From: Macrostomum hystrix
Taxonomy: Eukaryota; Animalia; Platyhelminthes
Assembly: GCA_950097015.1 (NCBI GenBank)
Contig: CATNEN010000025.1
Location: 8,928,001-8,992,000, forward strand
Reading direction: 5' to 3'
Length of the DNA stretch: 64,000 bases
In this document: piece after piece, positions 50,287 to 62,904 of the stretch
Layout of the letters: every line of letters begins with the position of its first letter
Position numbering within the stretch: position 1 is the stretch's first letter
The notes under the pieces: generated by a model
Seen by the model: the letters and a program-made list of their open reading frames with translations, nothing else
Told to the model about the DNA's origin: nothing
Databases searched by the model: none
Program-made: the position numbers and the translations under genes

Positions 50287-53200
50287 ATGACAGTCACCTA
50301 CAGCAAGGTGATCTCCTCAGGACAGAAGGGAGTCTTCGTGCGCCTGCTGCTAATGTGGAAAGGCTCTTTGTACAAGCTGGTATACCTGGATCTCATCTTC
50401 TACCTGTCTCTGTACTATACCCTGTCGCTGTCCTACCGGCTCCTGTTGTCAGAGGAGGGTCGGCGCACCTTTGAACAGGTGGTCCACTTTGCTAACTCGG
50501 TCAAAAACAACATTCCCCTGAGCTTCCTGCTGGGGTTCTTTGTCAGCGGCGTGATCAACCGGTGGTGGGCCATGTTTCTGGAGATACCCTGGATGAACAG
50601 ATACGCCTTTCTAGCACAAGGTGAGGCCGACTGGTTTTTAGAAATCCCAACCCTTCACAAAAATCCCATCTCAACATCAAAATCCCATTTTTTATTAAAA
50701 TTGCCATAAAAAAGTTCCATTTCGACGATTACGGTAATCCAATCTCACAATGAAGATCCCATCTCACTATGAAGATCCCATCTCACTATGAAGATCCCAT
50801 CTCACTATGAAGATCCCATCTGACTATGAAGATCCCATCTCACTATGAAGATCCCATCTCACTATGAAGATCCCATCTCACTATGACGATGATCCCATCT
50901 CACTATAAAGATCCCATCTTACTATGAAGATCCCATCCCACAATTAAAGTCCCATCTCACAATGAATATCCCATCCGACAATTAAAGTCCCATCTCACAA
51001 TGAAGATCCCATCCCAAAATGAATATCCCATCTCATCAAGAAAATCTCAAGAGTGTCCGTGTCCCAATGCACTAGCAGAGCACTATATTATCAGTGGCAA
51101 GTCGTGCCAAATTATTTTAGTTTAAAACAAGACTCCAAAGCTTGCACACATGGTGTTTTCCAACAAAACGATATTGACTGATTAAAGGCAGGGTCTGAAA
51201 ATGGTTTTGCATAGCAACTGTGACAGAAATTAGCACGATTTTGTTGGCCAGCATTATTTTGAGTAGTAGAGGAAACGGTGAGGAATCAGCGGAGGAATCA
51301 GCGAAGGAATCAGCGGAGGAATCAGCGGAGGAATCAGCTGAGGAATAAGCGGAGGAATCAGCTGAGGAATCGGCGCAGGAATCAGCGGAGGAATCAGCGG
51401 AGGAATCGGCGCAGGAATCAGCGGAGGAATCAGCGAAGGAATCAGCGGAGGAATCAGCTGAGGAATCGGCGCAGGAATCAGCGGAGGAATCAGCTGAGGA
51501 ATCGGCGCAGGAATCGGCGGAGGAATCAGCGGAGGAATCAGCGGAGGAATCGGCGCAGGAATCAGCGGAGGAATCAGCGGAGGAATCAGCGAAGGAATCA
51601 GCGGAGGAATCAGCGGAGGAATCAGCTGAGGAATCAGCGGAGGAATCAGCTGAGGAATCGGCGCAGGAATCAGCGGAGGAATCAGCGGAGGAATCGGCGC
51701 AGGAATCAGCGGAGGAATCAGCGAAGGAATCAGCGGAGGAATCAGCTGAGGAATCGGCGCAGGAATCAGCGGAGGAATCAGCGGAGGAATCAGCGGAGGA
51801 ATCAGCGGAGGAATCAGCGGAGGAATCGGCGCAGGAATCAGCGCAGGAATCAGCGGAGGAATCAGCGGAAAAATCAGCGGAAAAATCTGCGGAGGAATCA
51901 GCTGAGGAATCAGCTGAGGAATGAGCGGAAAAATCAGCGGAGGAATCAGCGGAGGAATCAGCGGAATCAGAGGAAGAACTCACTGGGAAAATCAGAAAGT
52001 GTAGTTTGCCTTCATAAGATTGTGTAGGCTTAAAATAAACATTTCAGAGAAAATCTGTGGCTTGAAAGACACCAGATCATCTCTCTCACCTTGGAGTGTT
52101 GAGTTGTGACACGGGTGTCACAGCTGGGAGAACAGTTGAATAGGTAAGAGCCAGACACTGACAGCATGACAGGTCGGAGAGATTTCACCGCTGCCGACAC
52201 TAACGTCAAAAACCGGCGAAGCGAGAAAATAATTGGGGAGAATAGAATGAGGAGCAGTGGGGATCAGGGTTGGAGTTTGACCAGCTCACGGAAGCTGCTC
52301 AATCTAATGGACAGCAACTTCACAGTTGAAAAAAAAGATTGTTGCATTGGTCTGACGATATTTAATCCTCCTTTGACGCCACTTAAAGCGCTCAATGCCT
52401 ACCAAATTTAAGTTGGGAAAGTAGGAATGTCACATCGGGAAAAAAGTTGATCTGGGATTGCAGGAGTCGCTAGTCGCCACCGTGACTTATCGTCTGTCAC
52501 TCCGATGGTCTCTCGCGGGCGGGCAATCAGTCAAGCGGAAAGTTAATTAGGGCCCAGAATTCGCTCTCAAGAGAACTTTTTTAACGGCTGTTGATTCTGT
52601 TTGAAACTATTTATAGCCTGCTAATCTAGTGGGGTTTGTCATCAGAAATGATGGACTTACGGCTTGGAACAATGAGATACGGCACTCGTTTGCTTCGTGC
52701 GCGAAGGAGTGAAGCGGAGTGAGATGAGCGGAGGATGGGTTGGGTTTAGCATAGTGAGATGAGCGGAGGATGGGGTGGGTGCAGTGGAGTGCAATAAGTG
52801 GAGGATGGGGTGGGTGAAGTAGAGTAAGATGAGCGGAGGATGGGTTGGGTTTAGCATAGTGAGATGAGCGGAGGATGGGGTGGGTGCAGTGGAGTGCAAT
52901 AAGTGGAGGATGGGGTGGGTGAAGTAGAGTAAGATGAGCGGAGGATGGGTTGGGTTTAGCATAGTGAGATCAGCGGAGGATGGGGTGGGTGAAGTGCATT
53001 GCGATGAGCCGAGGATGGGGTGGGTGAAGAGGAGTGAGATGAGCGGATGATAGGGTGGGTGCAGTGGAGTGCAATAAGTGGAGGATGGGGTGGGTGAAGT
53101 AGAGTAAGATGAGCGGAGGATGGGTTCGGTTTAGCATAGTGAGATCAGCGGAGGATGGGGTGGGTGAAGTGCATTGCGATGAGCCGAGGATGGGGTGGGT

Positions 53201-53610
53201 GAAGTGGAGTGAGATGAGCGGAGGATGGGGTGGGTGCAGTGGAGTGCAATAAGTGGAGGATGGGGTGGTTGAAGTAGAGTAAGATGAGCGGAGGATGGGT
53301 TGGGTTTAGCATAGTGAGATCAGCGGAGGATGGGGTGGGTGAAGTAGAGTGAGATCAGCGGAGGATGGGGTGGGTGAATCAGGGACATTCAGATTTAGTC
53401 TCGAATGTTCCATTAGACTACATTCCCACTCCCGCAGGCATCATCGCAGGTCCGGACCAGCACGTGGCTCGTCAGATCCGCCTGACCATGATGCGCTACC
53501 TCAACCTGGGCTGGGTGCTGGTCATGCGGAAGATCTCCGACCGCATCGCCAAGCGATTCCGCCCTGTGGGACTCAAGAACCGGCCTGAAAGGGACGTCAG
53601 GGAGGTGAGC

Positions 53611-53675
<65 letters not shown>

Positions 53676-53706
53676 GGGTGTCTGTCTGTCTGTCTGCCTG
53701 TCTGTC

Positions 53707-53739
<33 letters not shown>

Positions 53740-56700
53740 CTCTCTCTGTCTGTCTCTCTATCTGTCTGTCTCTCTGTCTGTCTGTCTGTCTGTCTGCCTG
53801 TCTCTCTGTCTGGCTGTCTGGCTGTCTGTCTGTCTGTCTGTCTGCCTGTCTGCCTGTCTGTCTCTCTGTCTGCCTGTCTGTCTGTTGTTCTGGGTGTCTG
53901 TCTGTCTGTCTGTCTCTCTGCCTGTCTGTCTATCTGTCTGTGTGTCTGTCTGTCTGCCTGTCTGTCTATCTGTCTGTCTGTCTGTCTGTCTGCCTGTCTG
54001 TCTGTCTGTCTGTCTCTGTTTATTTCTGGTCATTTTTCTGGTTATTTCTGACTGTGTACTTTCTGACTGCGAATGGCTAGTTGCAATTTATTAAAAAACA
54101 CAAAATTTAATTTTATATTTGAAATCTAACACGCCATAGCTTTAAATTTATATATACGCTCGTACTACAGTACGACTGGAAGTACGAGTATATCGTATTA
54201 AAAAACGATGACTGAAAATCAGTATATGATAAACAGAGATCAAAAGTATTTGGGATTCGATTATCAGGGATCAGAAGAATTCGGGATTTGCTGATTCAGG
54301 GATCAGAAGTTTTTGGGATTTGATTGTCATGGAACAGACTAATTTGGGATTTGATTATCAGTGACGAGAAGAATTTGGGATTTGATTATCAGGGATGAGA
54401 GTAATTTGGGATTTGATTATAAGGGATCAGAGTAATTTGGGATTTGATTACAAGGGATCAGAGTAATTTGGGATTTGATTATCAGTGACGAGAAGAATTT
54501 GGGATTTGATTATCAGGGATCAGAGTAATTTGGGATTTGATTACAAGGGATCAGAAAACTTTTGGATTCGATTATCAGGGATGAGAAGAATTTGGGATTT
54601 ATTATCAGGGATCAGATGAATTTGGGATTTATTATCAGGGATCAGATGAATTTGGGATTTATTATCAGGGATCAGATGAATTTGGGATTTATTATCAGGG
54701 ATCAGATGAATTTGGGATTTATTATCAGGGATGAGAAGAATTTGGGATTTATTATCAGGGATCAGAAGAACTCGGGATTTATTATCAGGGATCAGATGAA
54801 TTTGGGATTTATTATCAGGGATCAGATGAATTTGGGATTTATTATCAGGGATGAGAAGAATTTGGGATTTATTATCAGGGATCAGAGTAATTTGGGATTT
54901 ATTATCAGGGATCAGAAGAATTTGGGATTTATTATCAGGGATCAGATGAATTTGGGATTTATTATCAGGGATCAGAAGAACTCGGGATTTATTATCAGGG
55001 ATCAGATGAATTTGGGATTTATTATCAGGGATCAGAAGAACTCGGGATTTATTATCAGGGATCAGAAGAATTCGGGATTTATTATCAGGGATCAGATTGA
55101 TTTGGGATTTAATATCAGGGATCAGAAGAATTTGGGATTTATTATCAGGGATCAGAAGAACTCGGGATTTATTATCAGGGATCAGATGAATTTGGGATTT
55201 ATTATCAGGGATCAGAGTAATTTGGGATTTAATATCAGGGATCAGAAGAATTTGGGATTTATTATCAGGGATCAGAAGAATTTGGGATTTATTATCAGGG
55301 ATGAGAAGAATTTGGGATTTGATTATCAGGGATGAGAAGAATTTGGGATTTATTATCAGGGATCAGAAGAACTCGGGATTTATTATCAGGGATCAGAAGA
55401 ACTCGGGATTTATTATCAGGGATCAGAAGAACTCGGGATTTATTATCAGGGATCAGAAGAATTTGGGATTTATTATCAGGGATCAGAAGAATTCGGGATT
55501 TATTATCAGGGATCAGAATTTTTGGATTTATTATCAGGGATCAGAAGAACTCGGGATTTATTATCAGGGATCAGAAGAATTTGGGATTTATTATCAGGGA
55601 TCAGAAGAATTTGGGATTTGATTACAAGGGATCAGAAGAGTTTGGGATTTGATTATCAGGGATCAAAATAATTTGGGATTTGATTGTCAGGGATCAAAAT
55701 AATTTGGGATTTGATTGTCAGGGATCAAAATAATTTGGGATTTGATTGTCAGGGATCACGAGAATTTTGGGATTTGATAATTCAGGATAAGAAGAGTTGG
55801 TGATTTGATTATCGATGATTTGAAGAACTGTTTGAGACCGTTCTCGCCCACCCAGATGCTGAGCAATCTCAATACGGATCCGGTGGTTCGGTTAAACTTC
55901 ACTAAGCTCATCACTCAGGCGGAAATCGGGGCGTTCGAGCGGCTAGCAACCCAGTTCAAGGCCACGTACGGTCGTGACTATGAGTGCGAGTACTGGGTGC
56001 CCCTGGTGTGGGCATCTCGGCTCATCAAAAAGGCCTTCGTACACGGCTACATACCGGATCCCAGGAGCATGATGTACCTGCTGGATGAGGTTCGTCTGTT
56101 AGTTACGATTTTTCTATAGTTTAGTTCGCTGACAAAACACTTGTGCAAGACTTAGGAAAGCCAGGCTCTGATAGACACGCCTTTACCTTATTATTCATTC
56201 AAATAATCATTTCAGGTCGACAAAATGCGCAACCAGATGCACACCCTGGTCATCTACAATGACGTCATGATCCCGCTCGTTTATACCCAGGTTAGAAATT
56301 AACGCGTCCTATCTATTCTTAGTATTTAATATTAGTTAATTTACTTTATTAATCGCGTGCTTTCATATTTTCGATGAAAAAAAACTGCTACGCTCGTAAT
56401 TGTGGAATACTATACATCAAATCTAGATTTGTTCTGTCTAGACGACTTGTTTCAGCTATTTTAGCTGTACCATTTTTAAGAACTGCACAGGGTGAGAGAT
56501 AATTGGATGGGTCTATTTATAGAACTGCACAGGGTGAGAGATAATTGGATGGGTCTATTTATAGAACTGAAAAGCGTGAGAGATAATTGGATGGGGCTAT
56601 TACTAGAACTGCACAGGGTGAGAGAAAATTGGCTGGGGCTATCTCTAGAAATGCACAGGGTGAGAGATAATTGGCTGGGTCTATTTTTAGAACTGCACAG

Positions 56701-59063
56701 GGTGAGAAATAATTGGCTGGGGCTATTTTTAGAACTGCACAGGGTGAGAAATAATTGGCTGGGGCTATTTTAGAACTGCACAGGGCGAGAAATAATTAGC
56801 TGGGGCTATTTTTAGAACTGCACAGGGTGAGAAATAATTGGATTGGGCTATTTTTAGAACTGCACATGGTGAGAAATAATTGGCTGGGGCTATTTATAGA
56901 ACTGCACAGGGTGAGAAATAATTGGCGGGGTTTTTTTAGAAATGCACTGGGTTTGGCTGAGCTAGTTTTAAAACTAACCAGAGGGAGCGATAATTTTCCG
57001 AGCTATTTTTAGAACTAAATAGAGTGTATAATGATTGGCTGGGTGTACTGACCAGTCTATAATTTTTAAAGCTTCTATTAGAATCGCCAAGGCTGAACAG
57101 TAATTGACTTATGTTTTAAACTGCTAGAAAATACTAAAGTGATAAAGCTGTAAGCGAGCGTCCCCATCCAATTTGGCAGGTGGTCATCATTGCCGTGTAC
57201 TCCTACTTTCTGCTGCAGCTGTTCTCAGCCCAGTTTATCCGAGCGCCGCACACAGACGAAAGCGGCCTCGAAAACCGCAGCTGCGGCTGCGCCAAGCAGG
57301 AAGCCACCATCGATTTCTTCGTGCCGATTTTCACCATCTTCCAGTTCCTGTTCCTCATGGGCTGGCTCAAAGTGGCCATGTGCGTCATGAATCCCTTCGG
57401 CGACGACGATGAGGACTTCCAGACCTCGGAGATTCTCGACTACAATCTCGAGGTAAAAAGCAAAAGCGATGTAGTTCCATGAGTTCATGGGAAATGCCAA
57501 ATTTTACGATTCGACAGCGCTAGATCTAGCCTGTGCCGATCTCTACCCAGCCTACTCAGTCTGTATCCTGTCTACTCAATCAGTACCCTGTCTTCTCAAT
57601 CAGAACCCTGTCTACTCAATCAGTACCCTGTCTACTCAATCTCTACCCTGTCTACTCAATCAGTACCCTGTCTACTCAATCAGTACCCTGTCTACTCAAT
57701 CAGTACCCTGTCTACTCAATCTCTACCCTGTCTACTCAATCAGTACCCTGTCTACTCAATCAGTACCCTGTCTACTCAATCTCTACCCTGTCTACTCAAT
57801 CAGTACCCTGTCTACTCAATCAGTACCCTGTCTACTCAATCAGTACCCTGTCTACTCAATCTCTACCCTGTCTACTCAATCAGTACCCTGTCTACTCAAT
57901 CTCTACCCTGTCTACTCAATCAGTACCCTGTCTACTCAATCAGTACCCTGTCTACTCAATCAGTACCCTGTCTACTCAATCTCTACCCTGTCTACTCAAT
58001 CAGTACCCTGTCTTCTCAATCTCTACCCTGTCTTCTCAATCTCTATCCTGTCTACTCAATCAGTACCCTGTCTACTCAATCAGTACCCTGTCTACTCTAT
58101 CAGTACCCTGTCTACTCAATCAGTACCCTGTCTTCTCAATCTCTACCCTGTCTACTCAATCAGTACCCTGTCTACTCAATCAGTACCCTGTCTACTCAAT
58201 CTCTACCCTGTCTACTCAATCAGTACCCTGTCTTCTCAATCTCTACCCTGTCTACTCTATCAGTACCCTGTCTACTCAATCAGTACCCTGTCTACTCAAT
58301 CAGTACCCTGTCTACTCAATCAGTACCCTGTCTACTCCATCAGTGTATATTTGAAATCCTCCATGGTCCTTCTACTGTAAATGGCTAAGCCACATTCTGA
58401 CTCTCCCACCAGATCTCTCGGCGGTCCGCCTCAGCAGACGAGATGATGTTCCCCTTCGACTTCAAGCTGCCGGACATGCAGACCAAGGCGCAGCCTGAGG
58501 CGGACGCGGACAATCTGCCCGACTTCCTGGCCCGGATGAGCATCGAGATGGAGCGAACTCGCCGGGAGCTACTCGTTGAGATGTCTTCGAATTGCGTCGG
58601 CATGAACGCCGGAGGCGGCGGCGTCGGCGGCAGCGCCGGCGGCGGCGGTGGCGGCAGCTGTTGCTGGAGCGGCGACAATCTGGACGAGTCGTTCGTGCAC
58701 AGCTACAGCCGGGACATCATGGCGATGGAGAGCCGGCCGCAGCAGCCGCCGCTAACTGAGGAGGCCGAATTTGACGCGCATCGTCGCCATCGGCGATCAA
58801 AGCATCGGCGACGTCGAGAAAGGGCGGCCAATTTCTGCTGCGGTGAGGCTGACGGCGGCGTCGGCGACGCTTGCGAAGAGGACTTTGCCGAAGCCGAAGA
58901 CGGCAACGCGTTTGTAACTAAGAACTGTCACGCCGATCTGTCCGTCACCGTGGCAGCGACCTCCGCGGAGGCGACAGCGGCGGCAGCTTCTTCGAGTGCG
59001 GCTGCTACGGCCGGCTGCTGGGATGGGTGCCGACTGGCTCGGGGAGGCCCCGTGGCTGTGTGA
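50287..59063 (+). CDS. BEST: Bestrophin-family anion channel, paralog B (6 exons, about 577 aa)
   Basis: Exons 50287-50620, 53438-53604, 55856-56089, 56216-56290, 57180-57452, 58413-59063, all phase-compatible; same family motifs; long low-complexity C-terminal tail. Confidence 0.92.
50748..53378. repeat. Three arrays in bestrophin B intron 1: 19-bp (50748-51035), 12-bp (51278-51972), composite G-rich (52708-53378)
   Basis: Units GAAGATCCCATCTCACTAT; GAGGAATCAGCG; GAGCGGAGGATGGGGTGGGTGAAGT-based. Confidence 0.9.
53610..55790. repeat. (TCTG)n (53610-54015) and 30-bp minisatellite (54245-55790) in bestrophin B intron 2
   Basis: Unit ATTATCAGGGATCAGAAGAATTTGGGATTT. Confidence 0.95.
56478..56950. 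repeat. 42-bp minisatellite in bestrophin B intron 4
   Basis: Unit AGAACTGCACAGGGTGAGAAATAATTGGCTGGGGCTATTTTT. Confidence 0.9.
57570..58340. repeat. 20-bp minisatellite in bestrophin B intron 5
   Basis: Unit TCTACTCAATCAGTACCCTG. Confidence 0.95.
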
Positions 59064-59146
59064 CGGTTCTAGAGATAGGAAGCCGGGAGGTCAGAGGTTC
59101 GAATCGAATAAGTTATGCGAACTTGAGCAAGAAAACTAATTCGTTT

Positions 59147-59450
59147 GGGGGTGAGTGGCAGAGAGGTCTAACGCGTTCGCCTCTCGCACCAAAGGTCCCT
59201 GAGCTCGACTCCGCGGCGAGGCCACATTAATGTGAATAGGGACGACATTTACGCCGTTGAGAGCTAACCCTCAAAGCACAGTGAGAATGTACACTGCCTG
59301 ACGAGGAGTACCTTTGCGAGTGTGCGTGTGTGTGCGTGTGTGCTCAGGTGTCCCAGGAACGGGCAGAATTGCCTTATCGCTGGCTGCGGGTCTAACTTTT
59401 CCTTGTCATACGTTAGTGCCTACAGCCCTCCTGCAAATATTATTTTTTTT
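59147..59450 (+). mobile_element. tRNA-derived SINE, family 2
   Basis: GGGGTGAGTGGCAGAGAGG head; same middle and 3' blocks. Confidence 0.75.
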
Positions 59451-59899
59451 GTAGCTGGGGTAAAGATTTGGGTAGATGAGGCGGCCGCCCCAGTCCATGG
59501 ACAGAACATGTACACAGTATTGGGATGCGCCTGGCTGTACATCTGGCTTGTCTTGGTTGATTATTTATTGTTCTTCTTGTACTTCTAGTTAGCTTGTAAA
59601 GTCCCATGTTTATTGTCTACTTTTTAAGCTTGCGTGTTCGTTCGAGTTTCACCAACTTAAAATTATTTATTTAAATCAATTAAGCATAACCAATATAAAT
59701 TTCTAAGAATTCGATCGCTCGCATACGCTAGCTATACTACTTGTCTGATGCAATATAATTTATTCCGTAATTACATTCAAAGTGTATGCTGATAAAACAC
59801 TACATTCTGTCCGCATTGAGAATCGGAAAAGTCGGACTATTGTTGTGAAATTTTCGCTGTCCAAGTTCTTGTTGCCATATAATGATCAACTTTTGTTTG

Positions 59900-61000
59900 C
59901 CTGTTATCTGCATTCAGTGTGCTGTTATCTGCATTCAGTGTGCTGTTATCTGCATTCAGTGTGCTGTTATCTGCATTCAGTGTGTTGTTATCTGTATTCA
60001 GTGTGCTGTTATCTGCATTCAGTGTGCTGTTATCTGCATTCAGTGTGCTGTTATCTGCATTCAGTGTGCTGTTATCTGCATTCAGTATGCTGTTATCTGC
60101 ATTCAGTGTGCTGTTATCTGCATTCAGTGTGCTGTTATCTGCATTCAGTGTGCTGTTATCTGCATTCAGTGTGCTGTTATCTGCATTCAGTATGCTGTTA
60201 TCTGCATTCAGTGTGCTGTTATCTGCATTCAGTGTGCTGTTATCTGCATTCAGTGTGCTGTTATCTGCATTCAGTGTGCTGTTATCTGCATTCAGTGTGC
60301 TGTTATCTGCATTCAGTGTGCTGTTATCTGCATTCAGTGTGCTGTTATCTGCATTCAGTGTGCTGTTATCTGCATTCAGTGTGCTGTTATCTGTATTCAG
60401 TGTGCTGTTATCTGCATTCAGTGTGCTGTTATCTGCATTCAGTGTGCTGTTATCTGCATTCAGTGTGCTGTTATCTGCATTCAGTGTGTTGTTATCTGCA
60501 TTCAGTGTGTTGTTATCTGTATTCAGTGTGTTGTTATCTGTATTCAGTGTGTTGTTATCTGCATTCAGTGTGTTGTTATCTGCATTCAGTATGCTGTTAT
60601 CTGCATTCAGTGTGCTGTTATCTGCATTCAGTGTGCTGTTATCTGCATTCAGTGTGCTATTATCTGTATTCAGTGTGCTGTTATCTGCATTCAGTATGCT
60701 GTTATCTGTATTCAGTGTGCTGTTATCTGCATTCAGTATGCTGTTATCTGTATTCAGTGTGTTGTTATCTGTATTCAGTGTGCTGTTATCTGCATTCAGT
60801 GTGCTGTTATCTGCATTCAGTGTGCTGTTATCTGCATTCAGTATGCTGTTATCTGCATTCAGTGTGCTGTTATCTGTATTCAGTGTGCTGTTATCTGCAT
60901 TCAGTGTGCTGTTATCTGTATTCAGTGTGTTGTTATCTGCATTCAGTGTGCTGTTATCTGCATTCAGTGTGCTGTTATCTGCATTCAGTGTGCTGTTATC
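59900..61000. repeat. 21-bp minisatellite
   Basis: Unit TGCTGTTATCTGCATTCAGTG. Confidence 0.95.
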
Positions 61001-61915
61001 CGACTCTACCTATAGCAGGTTGTAATTTAATTGTCGAGTATGTTTATGTACTCTTAACAGGATCCTAACAATTCATTAGGAAGTGATCTTGTTCGAGCAA
61101 AATTGTGAATTTTGAATTGTTTTATTCCTTTGGCTAGGCTAACAAAAACTTATTAATGATATTGCTGTGCACTGCAGCCGATGAAGCTGCGACAGTTAAT
61201 ATTATAATTTTTAGGGACATTTATTTCCAGCAGCGGATCAAGGCGGGGCTCCGCAAAGATCATAAACAAACTCACACACCTCCCATTTTACCATTCCCAG
61301 TGCCCGTTGTGCCCTGGAGTTTAAACTGAGTGCCGCACAGTGACGACATTGCAATCACCCTAAGTAGAAATAGATTCCTAAACAGACTGTGAGCAGGCGA
61401 TACCAAAGCCCAATGTCCAGCCTCATCCATCTTCACCACCAACCCGGGAGATTGGCTGGCCTGGTTGCGGGTGTTAGCGACTCTGGCAGATCGCAGGCGG
61501 GGATAAATTTCACGGATGGGAAAACGGGAAGCGGAAAGGAAAAGAGCGAGAGAGAGAGAGGGCCACAGCGCTGACAGCCAATAGCTGCTGATACTCTGGT
61601 ATAGACAACTCTGAGCTCATAACATTCACAGCTCAAGTCAATTATAGCAGGATTCTAGCCACAATTCGCAACGTCGAGCTCAGCTTAGCTGTTGACGACG
61701 AGTTTTGCATATTCCGGGACTCGGCAGGTTTTGTCCCAGTGGCCAGCTATCTGAACTGATAGACAACAGGTGGAAGGATTCCTTCAGCACTGGTGAGCTG
61801 TATTAACTGCCTGCCTGCCTGTCTGTCTGTCTGTTGTCCTGGGTGTCTGTCTGACTGTCTGTCTGTCTGCCTGTCTGTCTATCTGTCTATCTGCCTGTCT
61901 ATCTGCCTGTCTGCC

Positions 61916-61967
<52 letters not shown>

Positions 61968-62160
61968 ATTCTGTCTGTCTGTCTGTTTGTCCTGCGTGTC
62001 TGTCTGTCCGTCTGTCTGTCTTCCCGTCTGCCTCAGCTAGAGTGCACAGTTCAAATATTGCTGACGTGTCGCGTCACAGAATTTCGAGAACTGTTAAGCT
62101 TTAGTCTGGCACAAAAATCCGCATGATTTATTATTCAACAGGGCAGAAGTGGACTTGGAA

Positions 62161-62199
62161 AATGGAGGCCTGCCATAATGTTCACTCAACAAAGCAACG

Positions 62200-62238
<39 letters not shown>

Positions 62239-62860
62239 GGTTAAAACGCTGAGTAGCCAGTCTGAGAACACGGCCCACTCAGTTGACTGGCGACTGCATG
62301 CCTGTGAGTTCTCGAGGCCACGTACGAGTACTCACACATCAATTTTGAGCACTTTAAGCCTCTTCAAGGAGATAATAAAAAGTAGGGAGATTAATTTTTA
62401 TCAGATAAACAAAAAACAAAAAAAACAAAAAAAATAGAAGAGACAATTTACTCAAAGATTTAGACGTGGGTACTGTGATTCTATTATCACCAGTTAATTT
62501 CTCAACTGCTGAGTTCTGGTCCAACTAGAAAAATATAAATACCTATACTCAAAGCGAGTGCTGTGAGCACTGACACGTCGGCCCACAATCAGAGAGTTGC
62601 CCACGTTTTAACTAGGGCGAGGAACGCATCTAGAATCCTAGAAAAATTGTATTAAATAGAGAAAAATTGACATTTTGGCAGTGCCGCTTCCGCTATTAGA
62701 CAGAACTCGCAGGCAAGTAAATGCCTTTCCATTTTAAAATTTGCATTTCTATTCTGTAACAGCTGGACTGACAAAATTTCACTTCCAGGGAATCCCTCCG
62801 GACCGGTCGGCCAACCAATCAACTCACTGCCCACAAATGAAGCAAAGGCCAGGCAGCAAA
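62161..62860 (+). CDS. Possible first exons of an unidentified secreted or membrane protein
   Basis: MEACHNVHSTKQRLLLLLLLLLLLPVKTLSSQ..WRLHA followed by a GTGAGT donor (phase 1, about 62303), then a ttccag acceptor, an open phase-1 exon and a GTGAGT donor at 62861; no recognisable domain. Confidence 0.3.
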
Positions 62861-62904
62861 GTGAGTAAAATGCATCCTTGCCTCCTTAGTGTGTCATCTG
62901 CTAA

